Origin: a virus
Strand: one strand, 5' to 3'
Length of the DNA: 64,000 nt
Virus record (IMG/VR): IMGVR_UViG_3300031972_002122
Location: 64,571-128,570 of that record
This document shows, one piece after another, positions 10,653 through 21,657 of this stretch. Both the position numbers and the translations under genes were made by a program. A model generated the notes under the pieces. The model ran no database searches. It was given only the letters and a program-made list of their open reading frames with translations, and was not told the origin of the DNA. Numbering within the stretch: position 1 is the first letter of the stretch; each line of letters starts with the position of its first letter.

Positions 10653-11302
10653 TTACAGCCGTAATAACAACACATCAAAGTCATATTAGACCTACAGGTC
10701 ATGCAGAAGCTCTCAAATGTATTGAAACGTTATTAAACGTACTACCAGATGTTAATATAATTGTGGTTAATAATGGTTCCGACTCGTTGTTTTGGTATCC
10801 ACAAGGTATACAGATAGTCGAGCGGAAGGATCAAATCGATGGCTTGACTGGTGCGTGGAATGAGGGTGTTAACTTGGCTTACAAAAACGGAGCCGAACTA
10901 ATAATCCAGATGTCTGATGATATATCATTTAATGATACATTTAAACAATTTGGAGAAATAGTTATGAATCATCCAGATAAAGATATTGGTGTGTTTGGTA
11001 CATTGACGGATTCTATGACGTCATACCCACCGCAGCGTTCCCGAGTAGCTAAATCAGGAGTCAGAGAAATCACTGGGAGTAAATACGCCGTACATGGTTG
11101 GATGTTCGCATTTACGAAAAATTTTTACGAACAGTTTTTATTGCCTAATGGAAATTTATTTGATACGAAGTATCCATTTGGGTATAATGAAGAACATTTC
11201 CAGAGAAGAATCTGGAAGGATGGTGGGAAGAGTTTCATCGTCGATGATTGTTTAGTTCACCATGAGCATTTGAATGCTTGGAAAAAGGTAGACCAATTAT
11301 GA
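10649..11302 (+). CDS. glycosyltransferase family 2
   Basis: IIVVNNGS, GLTGAWNEG, MSDD, VHH. Confidence 0.75.
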   Translation: MITAVITTHQSHIRPTGHAEALKCIETLLNVLPDVNIIVVNNGSDSLFWYPQGIQIVERKDQIDGLTGAWNEGVNLAYKNGAELIIQMSDDISFNDTFKQFGEIVMNHPDKDIGVFGTLTDSMTSYPPQRSRVAKSGVREITGSKYAVHGWMFAFTKNFYEQFLLPNGNLFDTKYPFGYNEEHFQRRIWKDGGKSFIVDDCLVHHEHLNAWKKVDQL

Positions 11303-12264
11303 TCAATCTTCACTTAAGACCAGAGTTTACGTATGAATTAGTTCAGGCTATACCATATGCTAAGTGGCTCCATGACCGTGGAGAATTAGGGACGGTGTAT
11401 GTGTGTAATGGAATGGCACCGTATTATTTCTTCGCGGACAATGTTGTGGAGAAGTATGATCAACGAACGATTGATAATAAGACATCTGGAGTACTCCAGT
11501 TACCAAATACTTGGCTACATCACAACGCTGAGGCGGTCATGGGTAAGGATTATTCATTATTAACTGAAGAAGAAAAAGTAGAAGCTAATGGCGTGTTAGA
11601 TTACACCAAGTGGACACCACCCGATTATAGGGCGGAGTATCAGGAAGACGCCAAGAATCATATTGCGTTTGATAAGCCACTTATAATCATAAACAATCAG
11701 TATAATATCGAGAAGGGTATGATGCCCACCCGATATTTTAGTATCGAATGTTTATATGACATGTTTAGTACTTTAGAAGAAGCTGGTTATCAGGTTGTGT
11801 ATAATCGTCCAAGAAATACTGAGTTTACTATAGACGAAAACGAACATAACACTATTAGAAACGGGTTGAAACTGCAGGCTGACGTTGCTGGCGTGGGTAT
11901 AATGACTGATTATGATCTGTGTAAACACTTTGATAACGTAGTGACGTTTGAATCGTTACACGCCACATATGAACAGTACACATACAACGAATTTCAGTTG
12001 AGGTTGTTTTGTTTAGCTGAGGGGTTTGTAGGATTAGTTGGTGGGGCTGGGACACTATCTTGCTATTACCATAAACCAACAATTATGTACGGCACAGTCA
12101 GTCGAGCGATTGCTGATGGGTATTGGAAACCAACTAGTTACTATCAAAAGTTGAGTGATCGAAATGCATACCCAGTTATAGATAAACGAACAGAACAGAT
12201 CGCTAGAGGTGGTCATGACTATTCAGAATTGCATTATTTAATAAATGACTTATTTGTACAATGA
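11299..12264 (+). CDS. hypothetical protein, probable glycosyltransferase-like
   Basis: ORF within the glycan cluster; EFTYEL and FVGLVGG motifs. Confidence 0.55.
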   Translation: MINLHLRPEFTYELVQAIPYAKWLHDRGELGTVYVCNGMAPYYFFADNVVEKYDQRTIDNKTSGVLQLPNTWLHHNAEAVMGKDYSLLTEEEKVEANGVLDYTKWTPPDYRAEYQEDAKNHIAFDKPLIIINNQYNIEKGMMPTRYFSIECLYDMFSTLEEAGYQVVYNRPRNTEFTIDENEHNTIRNGLKLQADVAGVGIMTDYDLCKHFDNVVTFESLHATYEQYTYNEFQLRLFCLAEGFVGLVGGAGTLSCYYHKPTIMYGTVSRAIADGYWKPTSYYQKLSDRNAYPVIDKRTEQIARGGHDYSELHYLINDLFVQ

Positions 12265-12686
12265 GAATAACAAATGTAGATACACTATCGTCACTGATCG
12301 ATCGGTTGATTACCGAGAATATTAAACTATTCTTTTTTGCGAAGGGTGGGGAATTGGTGAAGGTAGCTCACCAGAAAGAAGTGATAGCTAAGATAAAGGA
12401 TCGGATGAGTAAATTGTTCCTAGAAGCTACAGAACGTGGGTATGAATATACTGGTGAGCGGAGAACTTTTAATAGCGAGTTTAGTGAGCATGTTCAAGAA
12501 CTTATACTCAACGACATACGTATTGGTGAGGCTGATAGAGCTAGACTGGAGGAGGTAACGTCGGAAGAACCAGACTTTTACCGGATGGCGTTTAACGAGA
12601 TTCGTTTAAGGATCGCTAACGAGGGAAGGGCTAAAAATAAAAATAACATTGATGAATCATTTAAGGGGATGACTAGTGAAGAATAA
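12261..12686 (+). CDS. hypothetical helical protein
   Basis: ORF; TLSSLIDRLITENIK motif. Confidence 0.6.
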   Translation: MRITNVDTLSSLIDRLITENIKLFFFAKGGELVKVAHQKEVIAKIKDRMSKLFLEATERGYEYTGERRTFNSEFSEHVQELILNDIRIGEADRARLEEVTSEEPDFYRMAFNEIRLRIANEGRAKNKNNIDESFKGMTSEE

Positions 12687-13281
12687 AATTGTAGTGTTAT
12701 CACAATGTAAGAATGGGACGACCACGATTTGTTCGTCAATTCAAATGGTTTCTAAGATGAAGCTCCATGGGTGGTTAGGTAATAAATTTTATAGAAAAAA
12801 GCATAAGGAGGTGTGGCTACCTGAATTGTTTAAAGAGATAGATAAGTATGATATTCTCCACGACGATCCCATGCCATTCATTTATCAGGAACTACACGAG
12901 CACTATCAAGCTATGGGTATTAGACCTAAATATATTCTGAGTTATCGGAATCCAGAAGACTGGTATAATTCGTTTCATTACGGGTTTTCTAGAGATTGGT
13001 CTGGTAAGTATAGGGGAAAGCGAAAATTATACCCATACGATTTGCGGGATATAACTAAAAAAGAACTATTTATCAATGCCTATATACGGCTAAATGAAAA
13101 AATTATCAAGTATTTTAATGATACATGTCCAGAAGATTTTTTACATTTTGATATCGGTGACTGGAGTGGTCGTAGTGATTATGAAAACTGGAAATTTTTA
13201 CTAGATTTTTGTCAGGTGGAATATGATGATGCGTATATTCGTGAAAAACCTTTTCCTAAATTAAGGGCTAGAAAAAAATAA
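12676..13281 (+). CDS. sulfotransferase-family P-loop protein
   Basis: SQCKNGTTT (PAPS 5'-phosphosulfate loop), KYILSYRNPEDWYNS. Confidence 0.75.
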   Translation: MKNKIVVLSQCKNGTTTICSSIQMVSKMKLHGWLGNKFYRKKHKEVWLPELFKEIDKYDILHDDPMPFIYQELHEHYQAMGIRPKYILSYRNPEDWYNSFHYGFSRDWSGKYRGKRKLYPYDLRDITKKELFINAYIRLNEKIIKYFNDTCPEDFLHFDIGDWSGRSDYENWKFLLDFCQVEYDDAYIREKPFPKLRARKK

Positions 13282-14294
13282 TGAAGAAAATATTAGTTAC
13301 AGGTGCTGCAGGCTTAGTTGGGTCTAATTTCGTAGAATTTTTATCTAAAAAGGATATAAAGGTATGTGCCGTCGACAATCTAACTGGTGGCAATCACGTA
13401 GTACGTAGTCCACATGTGGAATTCCATAAATGTGATGTTGAATCTGACAGATTCGAGCAGATATTCAGTGAATTCAAACCAGACGTAGTATATCATATGG
13501 CAGCGTACGCCGCGGAAGGTCTTAGCCCATTCATACGAAAGTTTAATTACACAAACAATTTAATATCGACCGCTAACGTAGTCAATTGTTGTATACAATA
13601 TGGTGTTAAGAGATTAGTGTTTCTATCGTCGATGGCAGTGTACGGTAATCAGTATGAGCCACCATTTCATGAGGACTTGATACCTAATCCGATTGATCCA
13701 TATGGGATTGCTAAATACGCGTGTGAAATGGATATCCGAGTTGCTGGTGAGCAGCATGGGTTAGACTGGTGTATTATAAGACCCCATAATGTTTATGGTG
13801 AGAAGCAAAATATATGGGACAGGTACAGAAATGTACTTGGAATTTGGATGTGGAAGCATATACAGGGGGAACCCATAACAATTTTCGGAGATGGTCAGCA
13901 AGAGCGAGCATTCTCATATATAGCTGATTGTATGCGACCTTTGTTTTTAGCAGGTATATCTCCATCCGCGAGTAAAGAGATCATAAATCTGGGCGGGAAA
14001 ACATCCATCAGTATTGAGGGAGCTGCAGATACACTTATCGATGTGATGGGCGGTGGTGAAAAAGTATTCCTTGAGGGGCGTCACGAAACTAAATATGCAT
14101 ATTCTACTTGGGATAAGTCGGTGGATATTCTAGAGTACTCAACGAGAACTCCTGAGACTTCATTTAAAGATGGGTTGACGAATATGTGGGCGTGGGCTAA
14201 AGAAGCTAGTCAGGGCGTCGCCAGACAGTGGCATGAGTATGAAATCGATAAAGGATTATATAATTTTTGGAAAAACGAAAACGATGCTGATTAA
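13281..14294 (+). CDS. NAD-dependent epimerase/dehydratase (UDP-glucose 4-epimerase-like)
   Basis: ILVTGAAGLVGS, SSMAVYG, YGIAK, RPHNVYG. Confidence 0.92.
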   Translation: MKKILVTGAAGLVGSNFVEFLSKKDIKVCAVDNLTGGNHVVRSPHVEFHKCDVESDRFEQIFSEFKPDVVYHMAAYAAEGLSPFIRKFNYTNNLISTANVVNCCIQYGVKRLVFLSSMAVYGNQYEPPFHEDLIPNPIDPYGIAKYACEMDIRVAGEQHGLDWCIIRPHNVYGEKQNIWDRYRNVLGIWMWKHIQGEPITIFGDGQQERAFSYIADCMRPLFLAGISPSASKEIINLGGKTSISIEGAADTLIDVMGGGEKVFLEGRHETKYAYSTWDKSVDILEYSTRTPETSFKDGLTNMWAWAKEASQGVARQWHEYEIDKGLYNFWKNENDAD

Positions 14295-14535
14295 AGAAGC
14301 GATGCTTGAAATGTATTCAGATATGGAATGGGTGACTGCCGACGGGTTTGACGACGCGATTATTGGGGTATGTGAAAATCGGGTAGTGTACTCAGTCCAC
14401 AAGTGCATTAAAATTCTTATGAATGATATGTCATTTGATGATGCGGTTGAGTATTTTAATTTTAATGTCAGCGGTTCATACATCGGGGAGCAAACTCCGA
14501 TATGGGTCGATGATTTATTTTATCAAGAAGTTTAA
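14284..14535 (+). CDS. conserved phage hypothetical protein
   Basis: ADGFDDAIIG...AVEYFNFNVSGSYIGEQTP. Confidence 0.7.
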   Translation: MLIKEAMLEMYSDMEWVTADGFDDAIIGVCENRVVYSVHKCIKILMNDMSFDDAVEYFNFNVSGSYIGEQTPIWVDDLFYQEV

Positions 14536-14536
14536 T

Positions 14537-15433
14537 ATGAGTAAACGAATAGTTATAATGCCAACATTTGCGGAGGCACCGATGATACGATGTCAGATTC
14601 CTAACATTGTAGAAACACTTAAACCAGATATCGTCATCTATAACGAGGGGGTTTTTCCACTCGGGCCAGAAAATGGTAGTATAATAAATGATGATTTCAT
14701 TTCTAATTATTGTTCTGATGATGGGTACACTGGATTTGATTTTGATGAAACTAAAGCAATATTAGCAGAAGCTCAGGAAACATACCCAGATATCGAATGG
14801 CACTTGGGTGCGATCAAATACCCAGCGGGTATGCGGGCTGAAGATGCATATACATTTGCCGTTTCTAATTTTGAAGATTACGGTATCGAACTTGAGGTTG
14901 GTGATATTATATTTCCATCTGAAGCTGATGTATTTCATCTTGAAAGTGCGGCGGATGAGATTGATGAACTTGTAAATAGCTTGAAACCCGATGAAGGAAT
15001 TTCAAGTAACTGGTGGGATTTTGGGGCGACCCAAAATTATATCGAACAACGACTTCATCCAGACGTGAACACAGTAACTCGAAGTAGGCGATTCGCCGTA
15101 TGTTACGGTACGATGGGATATTACCAATCCGTAGCTCAGAATTTTGTATCACAAAAATATACGAATACCAGACTCGTCGAGTTGAGAACATATCATTACC
15201 CATGGTTCAGAATCGGTAAATATTTAGACCTACGATGTATTATGTTGCGAAGGCAACGGAACTATTGGAACGATTATATGATAGGACATTGGGAGCAGAT
15301 CGAGGAGACTCGGAATGGAACATTTAAAGAATCTGTAATGATCAGACCAACATTGACTGGAAATTATAGATATGTAAAATATATCGACACCGAACATCCA
15401 AAGTCGATACAAAAACATACTTGTTATATATGA
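14537..15433 (+). CDS. GT-A fold glycosyltransferase-like protein
   Basis: VIMPTFAE, DIIFPSEADVF. Confidence 0.55.
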   Translation: MSKRIVIMPTFAEAPMIRCQIPNIVETLKPDIVIYNEGVFPLGPENGSIINDDFISNYCSDDGYTGFDFDETKAILAEAQETYPDIEWHLGAIKYPAGMRAEDAYTFAVSNFEDYGIELEVGDIIFPSEADVFHLESAADEIDELVNSLKPDEGISSNWWDFGATQNYIEQRLHPDVNTVTRSRRFAVCYGTMGYYQSVAQNFVSQKYTNTRLVELRTYHYPWFRIGKYLDLRCIMLRRQRNYWNDYMIGHWEQIEETRNGTFKESVMIRPTLTGNYRYVKYIDTEHPKSIQKHTCYI

Positions 15434-16284
15434 GATATGTAGCTAGGTGGGATGACGATTTTAATCACATAAATGACGATGAAATGAGCACGAAAAATGT
15501 AGTATTTTGGATCGGTGTAACACCAGACGATCCGAGAGTTGCAGATAAATTTAGATATGGTGATTTTTCATGGATGGAATACTCCAAGAAGACGTGGGAA
15601 TTCTGGTGTGCTAAAAATGGTGTAGAATTTATACACTATGATGCACCAACTAGGGATGATCTGATAAAATATAAAGTAAACTGGCAGCGATGGGTTGATG
15701 TATTTGACTTCGTACCTGAGGATTATGATTCCATTCTGACTGTTGACGCGTCGATCATGGTGAAATGGGATGCACCTAACTTTTTCGATATAGGTGTTGG
15801 GAAAATGTGTGCGATGCGTGCGAATGAGAACTGGAAGTGGACATATGCGAGTGCTAATGGGTATGCTGACCTATTTCCAGATGTAGACTTTGTGCATAAG
15901 GATTATTTTTGTTCTGGTATGGTTATGCTTAGAAAGGAACACGAAGAATTTATCAAGGAATTCGGTCGATTTTATTTAGATAACGTCGACGTGATTGTTG
16001 AGCGGGAAGATGTACTGATCAAGCGTGGTAGAGATCAACCTGTACTTAACTACTTTGTACAACGTGATGAGATACCATTTCATCATTGGGATATCAATGT
16101 CGCGGTCAATCACTTATATAGACGACAGATTTTGAATGGTAACTGGCAACTTAAAGAGGACACCACACCATTCTTCATTAAATATTTTAATGCTTGGCAA
16201 TTCTCAGGATTTCCAGACCGCGGAGATACTAGGACTAAATTGATGAGCCAGACATGGGATTTAATAAAACACAATTATGAGTAA
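15430..16284 (+). CDS. GT8/GT34-like glycosyltransferase
   Basis: YDSILTVDA, YFCSGMVML, DQPVLNYF. Confidence 0.75.
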   Translation: MRYVARWDDDFNHINDDEMSTKNVVFWIGVTPDDPRVADKFRYGDFSWMEYSKKTWEFWCAKNGVEFIHYDAPTRDDLIKYKVNWQRWVDVFDFVPEDYDSILTVDASIMVKWDAPNFFDIGVGKMCAMRANENWKWTYASANGYADLFPDVDFVHKDYFCSGMVMLRKEHEEFIKEFGRFYLDNVDVIVEREDVLIKRGRDQPVLNYFVQRDEIPFHHWDINVAVNHLYRRQILNGNWQLKEDTTPFFIKYFNAWQFSGFPDRGDTRTKLMSQTWDLIKHNYE

Positions 16285-17056
16285 GCACGTAGTATTTATG
16301 GTGAATATGTCCGAGGTAAAGAAGCCGGGACGAAACATGCCCTACGAATATTCAGTTCGTAGTTGGAAGCATTACTGTAAGCGACATGGATTTGAATTCT
16401 TCGTCCTAGATCAGCGAATATATGATGAGGGTTATGCGAATGCGAATTGGCATAAGTTATTTGTATTCGAATTATTAGAATCGAATGGTATCGATTATGA
16501 TAAAGTGTTGATTGTTGACGCTGACACGATCGTCCACCCAGATGCGCCTAGTATCTTCGATGAGTGTGGTGATGGTTTTTGTGCGGCGCATAACGATGGG
16601 AGTTACGACTGGTTACTGCGGAGTATTGAGAACTATTCTAAGTACTTATTCGATGGGTTTACATTCCCATTTTGGCAGTATTTTAACTCGGGGGTTATGG
16701 TAGTGAACAAAAACCACGCACAACTCTTCAGGGATATATTAGAATTTTACAACGAGAATCATGAAGCTGTAAAGCAATTGCAAAATACGTTTCATGTAGG
16801 CACCGATCAGCCAGTGATTAATTTCTTTGTACATAAGACTCGGGATGACTTGGAGTTGTTACCATACGAGTGGAATATGCAAGACCTAACTAGACGAGAA
16901 ATTCTTGATACTGAATTGACGTTTGTTAACTATGGATGGGTATACCATTTCAATGCGATACCATCTAACTATAAATTATCACCTAACCAATTAACAACTC
17001 CAGTTTATCAGTGGATGAAATATACTTACGAAAAATTATACGAGGAATTAATATGA
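16277..17056 (+). CDS. GT8/GT34-like glycosyltransferase
   Basis: VLIVDADT, YFNSGVMV, DQPVINFF, LPYEWN, YHFN. Confidence 0.85.
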   Translation: MSKHVVFMVNMSEVKKPGRNMPYEYSVRSWKHYCKRHGFEFFVLDQRIYDEGYANANWHKLFVFELLESNGIDYDKVLIVDADTIVHPDAPSIFDECGDGFCAAHNDGSYDWLLRSIENYSKYLFDGFTFPFWQYFNSGVMVVNKNHAQLFRDILEFYNENHEAVKQLQNTFHVGTDQPVINFFVHKTRDDLELLPYEWNMQDLTRREILDTELTFVNYGWVYHFNAIPSNYKLSPNQLTTPVYQWMKYTYEKLYEELI

Positions 17057-18081
17057 AAAATATTTTAGTTACAGGAGGATTTGGATTTATAGGAACTACG
17101 TTGGTGGAACTTTTACTCCAACAAGATAGTGAATGTAGAGTTCATATAGTAGATGATTTGTCAACGTCACCAGTTTCCGTACATGATTACCTAGATCAGT
17201 TGAAACATTCAACTCGGTGTACATTTGACATAATGACTGTGGATGAATACTTTAATGGATTGGCAACTGAGAGAGTGTTCGATGAGATATATCACTTGGC
17301 TAGTCCAGTTGGACCAGCCTCTGTAATAAAACAGGGCGGTAAGATGGTTGGGGATGTGGTTAAAGACATATACCTTATTATCGATTATTGTTTAGAACAC
17401 GGTACTAAACTTCTAGACGTATCAACGAGTGAGGTATATGGTGGTGGTGATCGAGACGGTTACTGTTCGGAACTGACCCCTAAAATATTCCCACACAACA
17501 CGAACATGCGGATGGAATATGCCATTGCAAAGTTAGCTGCAGAAACTGCGATAGTGAATACATGTAAAGTGGCTAATTTATTTGCAGTTATAATTAGACC
17601 ATTCAATGTTGCTGGTAAGCGTCAATCCATTGCTGGGGGGTTTGTAGTCCCGAGGTTTGTGCAGCAAGCGATTAACAGTTTACCATATACAGTTTTCAAT
17701 GATGGTGAAGACATTCGAGCATTTACACATGTAGAGGATATTGCAACTGGTATGATTTTAGCCATGAATAAGGGAACTTCTGGCACGGTTTATAATTTAG
17801 GAAACCCTGATAATAAAATTAAAATTAAGGAACTACCAGATAGAATCAATTTCACATTGGATGTGTCGAACCCAACGGCGTTCGTCAATCCGAAAATTTT
17901 ATACGGTGCTTATTATGAGAATGCGAACGACAAATATCCAGACTCGACACGAGCTTTTGATGAGTTGGGATGGAAACCATCGTTGTCGATCGGGACGATC
18001 GTATATGATTACTACACCGAGTACCAGCGTCAAGTTAGCGCAGGTACATTAGTTCATAACATATTAGAAGACTATAAATAA
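17053..18081 (+). CDS. NAD-dependent epimerase/dehydratase (UDP-glucuronate decarboxylase-like)
   Basis: ILVTGGFGFIG, IYHLASP, STSEVYG, YAIAK, RPFNVAG. Confidence 0.9.
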   Translation: MKNILVTGGFGFIGTTLVELLLQQDSECRVHIVDDLSTSPVSVHDYLDQLKHSTRCTFDIMTVDEYFNGLATERVFDEIYHLASPVGPASVIKQGGKMVGDVVKDIYLIIDYCLEHGTKLLDVSTSEVYGGGDRDGYCSELTPKIFPHNTNMRMEYAIAKLAAETAIVNTCKVANLFAVIIRPFNVAGKRQSIAGGFVVPRFVQQAINSLPYTVFNDGEDIRAFTHVEDIATGMILAMNKGTSGTVYNLGNPDNKIKIKELPDRINFTLDVSNPTAFVNPKILYGAYYENANDKYPDSTRAFDELGWKPSLSIGTIVYDYYTEYQRQVSAGTLVHNILEDYK

Positions 18082-19094
18082 TGAAGTTACATAAAAAATA
18101 CGTAATTGGAGCATTAATAATGTTCTACGAGATTGAAATGCTTGGTGAGTACTTCCAATCTATAATTAATATGGTTGACGGGGTTGAAAATCCCGAAAAT
18201 GTCACTGTACATCTATGCTGGAATACTCAGGAGTACTTGGAATCTGTCGATTTGGAAAAAACTTCAAAAGTAGCACTACTCAAAAAATTTGATCGGCTAG
18301 TAAAAAATCTCATAGAGGCCGGGTTATCGGTAATTATCGATTATAAGGACAATGACGACACTTTCTACAACATTGCACAGTACCGACGGGATTTAAACTA
18401 TAATTACTGTGAGAAGGCTGATTTCATCTTCTGGGGGGAAACTGACAGTATGTTCCCAGCGCAAGGATTAGAGATCGTGGAGAACGTATCACAATATGCA
18501 CAGTCGCAGGATATTCATCGATATACCCTTACATTTGGGTACCGTAAGAACTGGGATTCTTCGTGGGACGTATTGACGCATAGTATGTACGAAAGTACTG
18601 AATATGTGGATAACCCAGAGTGGACGATGAATAATGAGGCTAGTTCCAAGTCATACATGACCATGGAACGAATGAACGAGATCAACAATCTTGCTACGGA
18701 GCCAGACGTTCGTATCATAAAGCAGCCTAAATTTGACGGATCGTGTTTGGTCATATCTACTGATTTGATTAAGTCTGGGGTTTTGATTCCACACGCTTTG
18801 ACCCATTGTGCCGAGGATACGAGTTTTGGTGAGATGGCTAAGATCGTATTAGGTGACGAATACGTACAGTTTGTTGTAAAAAACATACTCAGAGTTCATA
18901 ATAGGAGGCATCCACGGAAGCGAAATTATATTCTGGGTGAGAATAATCCGATGGGCTTGGCTGGAGCGTCTAAAGGCGCGTGGTGGGACATATTAGAAAA
19001 AACATCCAAATATAATTTGGCAATTCTTAGAAATAGTCAGAAAAAATTCATTTCTTTGGGTGAAGTGATAAACAAAATAAAGGAAGTTAGATGA
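18081..19094 (+). CDS. GT-A fold glycosyltransferase-like protein
   Basis: DFIFWGETDS, AEDT motifs; cluster context. Confidence 0.55.
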   Translation: MKLHKKYVIGALIMFYEIEMLGEYFQSIINMVDGVENPENVTVHLCWNTQEYLESVDLEKTSKVALLKKFDRLVKNLIEAGLSVIIDYKDNDDTFYNIAQYRRDLNYNYCEKADFIFWGETDSMFPAQGLEIVENVSQYAQSQDIHRYTLTFGYRKNWDSSWDVLTHSMYESTEYVDNPEWTMNNEASSKSYMTMERMNEINNLATEPDVRIIKQPKFDGSCLVISTDLIKSGVLIPHALTHCAEDTSFGEMAKIVLGDEYVQFVVKNILRVHNRRHPRKRNYILGENNPMGLAGASKGAWWDILEKTSKYNLAILRNSQKKFISLGEVINKIKEVR

Positions 19095-19660
19095 GGTTGT
19101 TAGATAAATTACCGTTACCATTACCTAGAAAATTATATTTCTCAGAGCAAGTAGACCAAAAATCTATTGTTAATTTGACTCGGGAAATTATTAAGATTAA
19201 TGATAACGACGAATATTTGAAGGGGTTATATGCCTTACATAATTTAGATTACAATGTACTGCCTATCGAGATATACATAGATTCGTATGGTGGGCAAGTG
19301 TACCAGATATTAGGTCTTATAAGTGTTATCGAGAATTCAGTAACACCAGTTAATACTATTGTGACTGGATGTGCTATGAGTTGTGGGTTCATGTTACTGA
19401 TAAGTGGTCATGAACGATTTGCTCATAAACATTCAACTCCATTATACCATCAAGTGTCTAGTGGTTCGTCTGGAAAGATTAAAGATATCCAAGAGCGATA
19501 TAGAGAGACTAGAAGACTCCAGAAGAAGTTGGAAAAGTTGACGATGGAGAAGACTAATATTCCAAAATCTAAATTGAAGAAAATTTATAGAAGAAAGCAA
19601 GATTGGTATATGACCCCAAAGGAAGCTGTGAAGTATGGGGTTGTAGATCATATTTTATAA
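19091..19660 (+). CDS. clpP: ClpP-like protease
   Basis: PIEIYIDSYGG, GCAMSCG (catalytic Ser), LYHQ, DWYMTPKEAVKYGVVDHI. Confidence 0.85.
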   Translation: MRLLDKLPLPLPRKLYFSEQVDQKSIVNLTREIIKINDNDEYLKGLYALHNLDYNVLPIEIYIDSYGGQVYQILGLISVIENSVTPVNTIVTGCAMSCGFMLLISGHERFAHKHSTPLYHQVSSGSSGKIKDIQERYRETRRLQKKLEKLTMEKTNIPKSKLKKIYRRKQDWYMTPKEAVKYGVVDHIL

Positions 19661-19676
19661 CATAAAATAGTATAAT

Positions 19677-20156
19677 ATGTTTGGTGGACATTCAATAACA
19701 AAGGAATCGTTTGACCTTATCTGCGAATTAATGCCAGAAGGCGGGACTTTATTAGAACTCGGTAGCGGTCGTGTTACTGAATTATTTGCTGAAAAGTATA
19801 CATTGTATTCGGTTGAGAACGATCCCATGTGGGTTGATAACTATGATTGTGAATACATTTATGCTCCACTGGTTGACGATTTGTGGTATGATGTAGAAAT
19901 ACTTAAGGCAAATCTTCCAGTGGACTATGACATGCTGTTAGTGGATGGCCCGAGAACTCAAGAGCGGCGAGCTCATATACTCAATAATTTAGAATTATTT
20001 AGAGACGATCGGGTGTGGTTGTTTGACGATGTGAATCAGCCCGGCAACCTCGAAACATTCAAAAAAGTAGCTGAAGTTACTGGTCGGGATAGTAAGATAG
20101 TTGTAGTAGGAACAAAACATAACGGGATTTTATATCCAAAAAATGAGGAAAAATAA
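19677..20156 (+). CDS. class I SAM-dependent methyltransferase-like protein
   Basis: LLELGSG, YDMLLVDGP, FDD. Confidence 0.75.
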   Translation: MFGGHSITKESFDLICELMPEGGTLLELGSGRVTELFAEKYTLYSVENDPMWVDNYDCEYIYAPLVDDLWYDVEILKANLPVDYDMLLVDGPRTQERRAHILNNLELFRDDRVWLFDDVNQPGNLETFKKVAEVTGRDSKIVVVGTKHNGILYPKNEEK

Positions 20157-20728
20157 TGTCATGTAGAAAACCATTTGTACCAGAGATACATAAACACTTC
20201 GACGGTGAGTATGGGACTGTCGGGATGGAAATCGGATGCGATCGTGGTGGGATGTCGAATGCCATCGTGGAAATAATGAAACCATCAATATTTTATATGG
20301 TCGATCCTTGGGATGAAGTTGACAACCGTCGAAATGGATTGCGAAATTCCAAGGCGATGCGGGAACGGTATGAAGAAGCTATGGAGCAACCAAACATTAA
20401 AGACAACCCAGTCGTGAAAGTTCTAAAAATGAAAAGCGTGGAAGCGTTTGAACACATCCCCGATGAATCGTTGGACTGGGTGTTTATTGATGGTGATCAT
20501 ACTTACTTTGGAACTCGGGATGATTTGGAAGGGGTACTTCCGAAAATGAAACCTGATGGTATTATATTTGGGGATGACTACGTCTGGATGAACACGTACG
20601 GTGATGAGGAAGAAGGAAATACTGGGAAGGTTAAACGTGCTGCTGACGAGTTTTTAGTAAAGTATAGAGATATTATAAAAAAGGATGATTATAAATCTAA
20701 TTGTTTTATATTTGAATTGAATAAATGA
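20156..20728 (+). CDS. class I SAM-dependent methyltransferase (Methyltransf_24-like)
   Basis: GMEIG, VDPW, LDWVFIDGDHTY, KPDGIIFGDDY. Confidence 0.88.
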   Translation: MSCRKPFVPEIHKHFDGEYGTVGMEIGCDRGGMSNAIVEIMKPSIFYMVDPWDEVDNRRNGLRNSKAMRERYEEAMEQPNIKDNPVVKVLKMKSVEAFEHIPDESLDWVFIDGDHTYFGTRDDLEGVLPKMKPDGIIFGDDYVWMNTYGDEEEGNTGKVKRAADEFLVKYRDIIKKDDYKSNCFIFELNK

Positions 20729-21657
20729 ATGTAGCATTTTTTACTGAAGGTGGATGGTCAGGCAAGGTGCCTAGAAATCACCCAAATATGAGAACTGATT
20801 TGGCGTGGGAATGTGCACTAGAAGCAGACCACCATAATATACCAACATTCTACGTGGCGGAGTGGAAGGGTAAGTATGATTTGGGAATAATAATAGTTCC
20901 GAAGAAAAATCCAGAGAATGCATTTGAATGTGTGCAGTTTCTGAGGCATTATTGTAAGAAAATAGCAGTCATGCAGGAGGGGCCAAACTGGTACTGGCAA
21001 GACTGGGATTTACCGACACAGATAGGTTATTATAATTTACTTATCAGTGTAGATCGTATTTATGCCCACAATGAATTAGATAGAAAATACTACGCTGGCT
21101 TACTTGACCATCCTGATGTTAGGGTATTACCAACACTGATGATTGAAGACGCCATTGGTGATGTTGTACAGTCTCACGATCGGGATGGTGTAATGATTGG
21201 TGGTAACTTCGTTTCGTGGTATGGTGGATTTGATAGCTATGCAATCGCTGTGGAATTTAATACACCAATATTTGCACCGTCGATGGGTAGAAAGCAAGAT
21301 GGGGAAGATCAATTAGACGACATATCATATTTGCCATACCTAACGTGGAGGGATTGGATAACTGAACTGTCTAAGCGAAAGTATGCAGTTCATTTAATGC
21401 GAACACACGCCGCGGGAACATTCGCATTAAATTGTGCGTATTTAGGTATACCGTGTATTGGATGGAAGGGGTTGGATACTCAAGAGATTTGCTTCCCCAA
21501 ACTATCATTTGATGTGGGTGACATGGATAGTGCGAGGTCGATGGCGAGGCACTTAGCTACCGATGATGAGTTTTATAAGCATGTAGCCGCAGTCGCTAAG
21601 GATGCTTATGACAAACATTTTAAGGAAGATATATTTTTAATGAAATTTCATGATTGA
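20725..21657 (+). CDS. glycosyltransferase-like protein (GT-B)
   Basis: AAGTFALNCAYLGIPCIG C-terminal motif; cluster context. Confidence 0.6.
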   Translation: MNVAFFTEGGWSGKVPRNHPNMRTDLAWECALEADHHNIPTFYVAEWKGKYDLGIIIVPKKNPENAFECVQFLRHYCKKIAVMQEGPNWYWQDWDLPTQIGYYNLLISVDRIYAHNELDRKYYAGLLDHPDVRVLPTLMIEDAIGDVVQSHDRDGVMIGGNFVSWYGGFDSYAIAVEFNTPIFAPSMGRKQDGEDQLDDISYLPYLTWRDWITELSKRKYAVHLMRTHAAGTFALNCAYLGIPCIGWKGLDTQEICFPKLSFDVGDMDSARSMARHLATDDEFYKHVAAVAKDAYDKHFKEDIFLMKFHD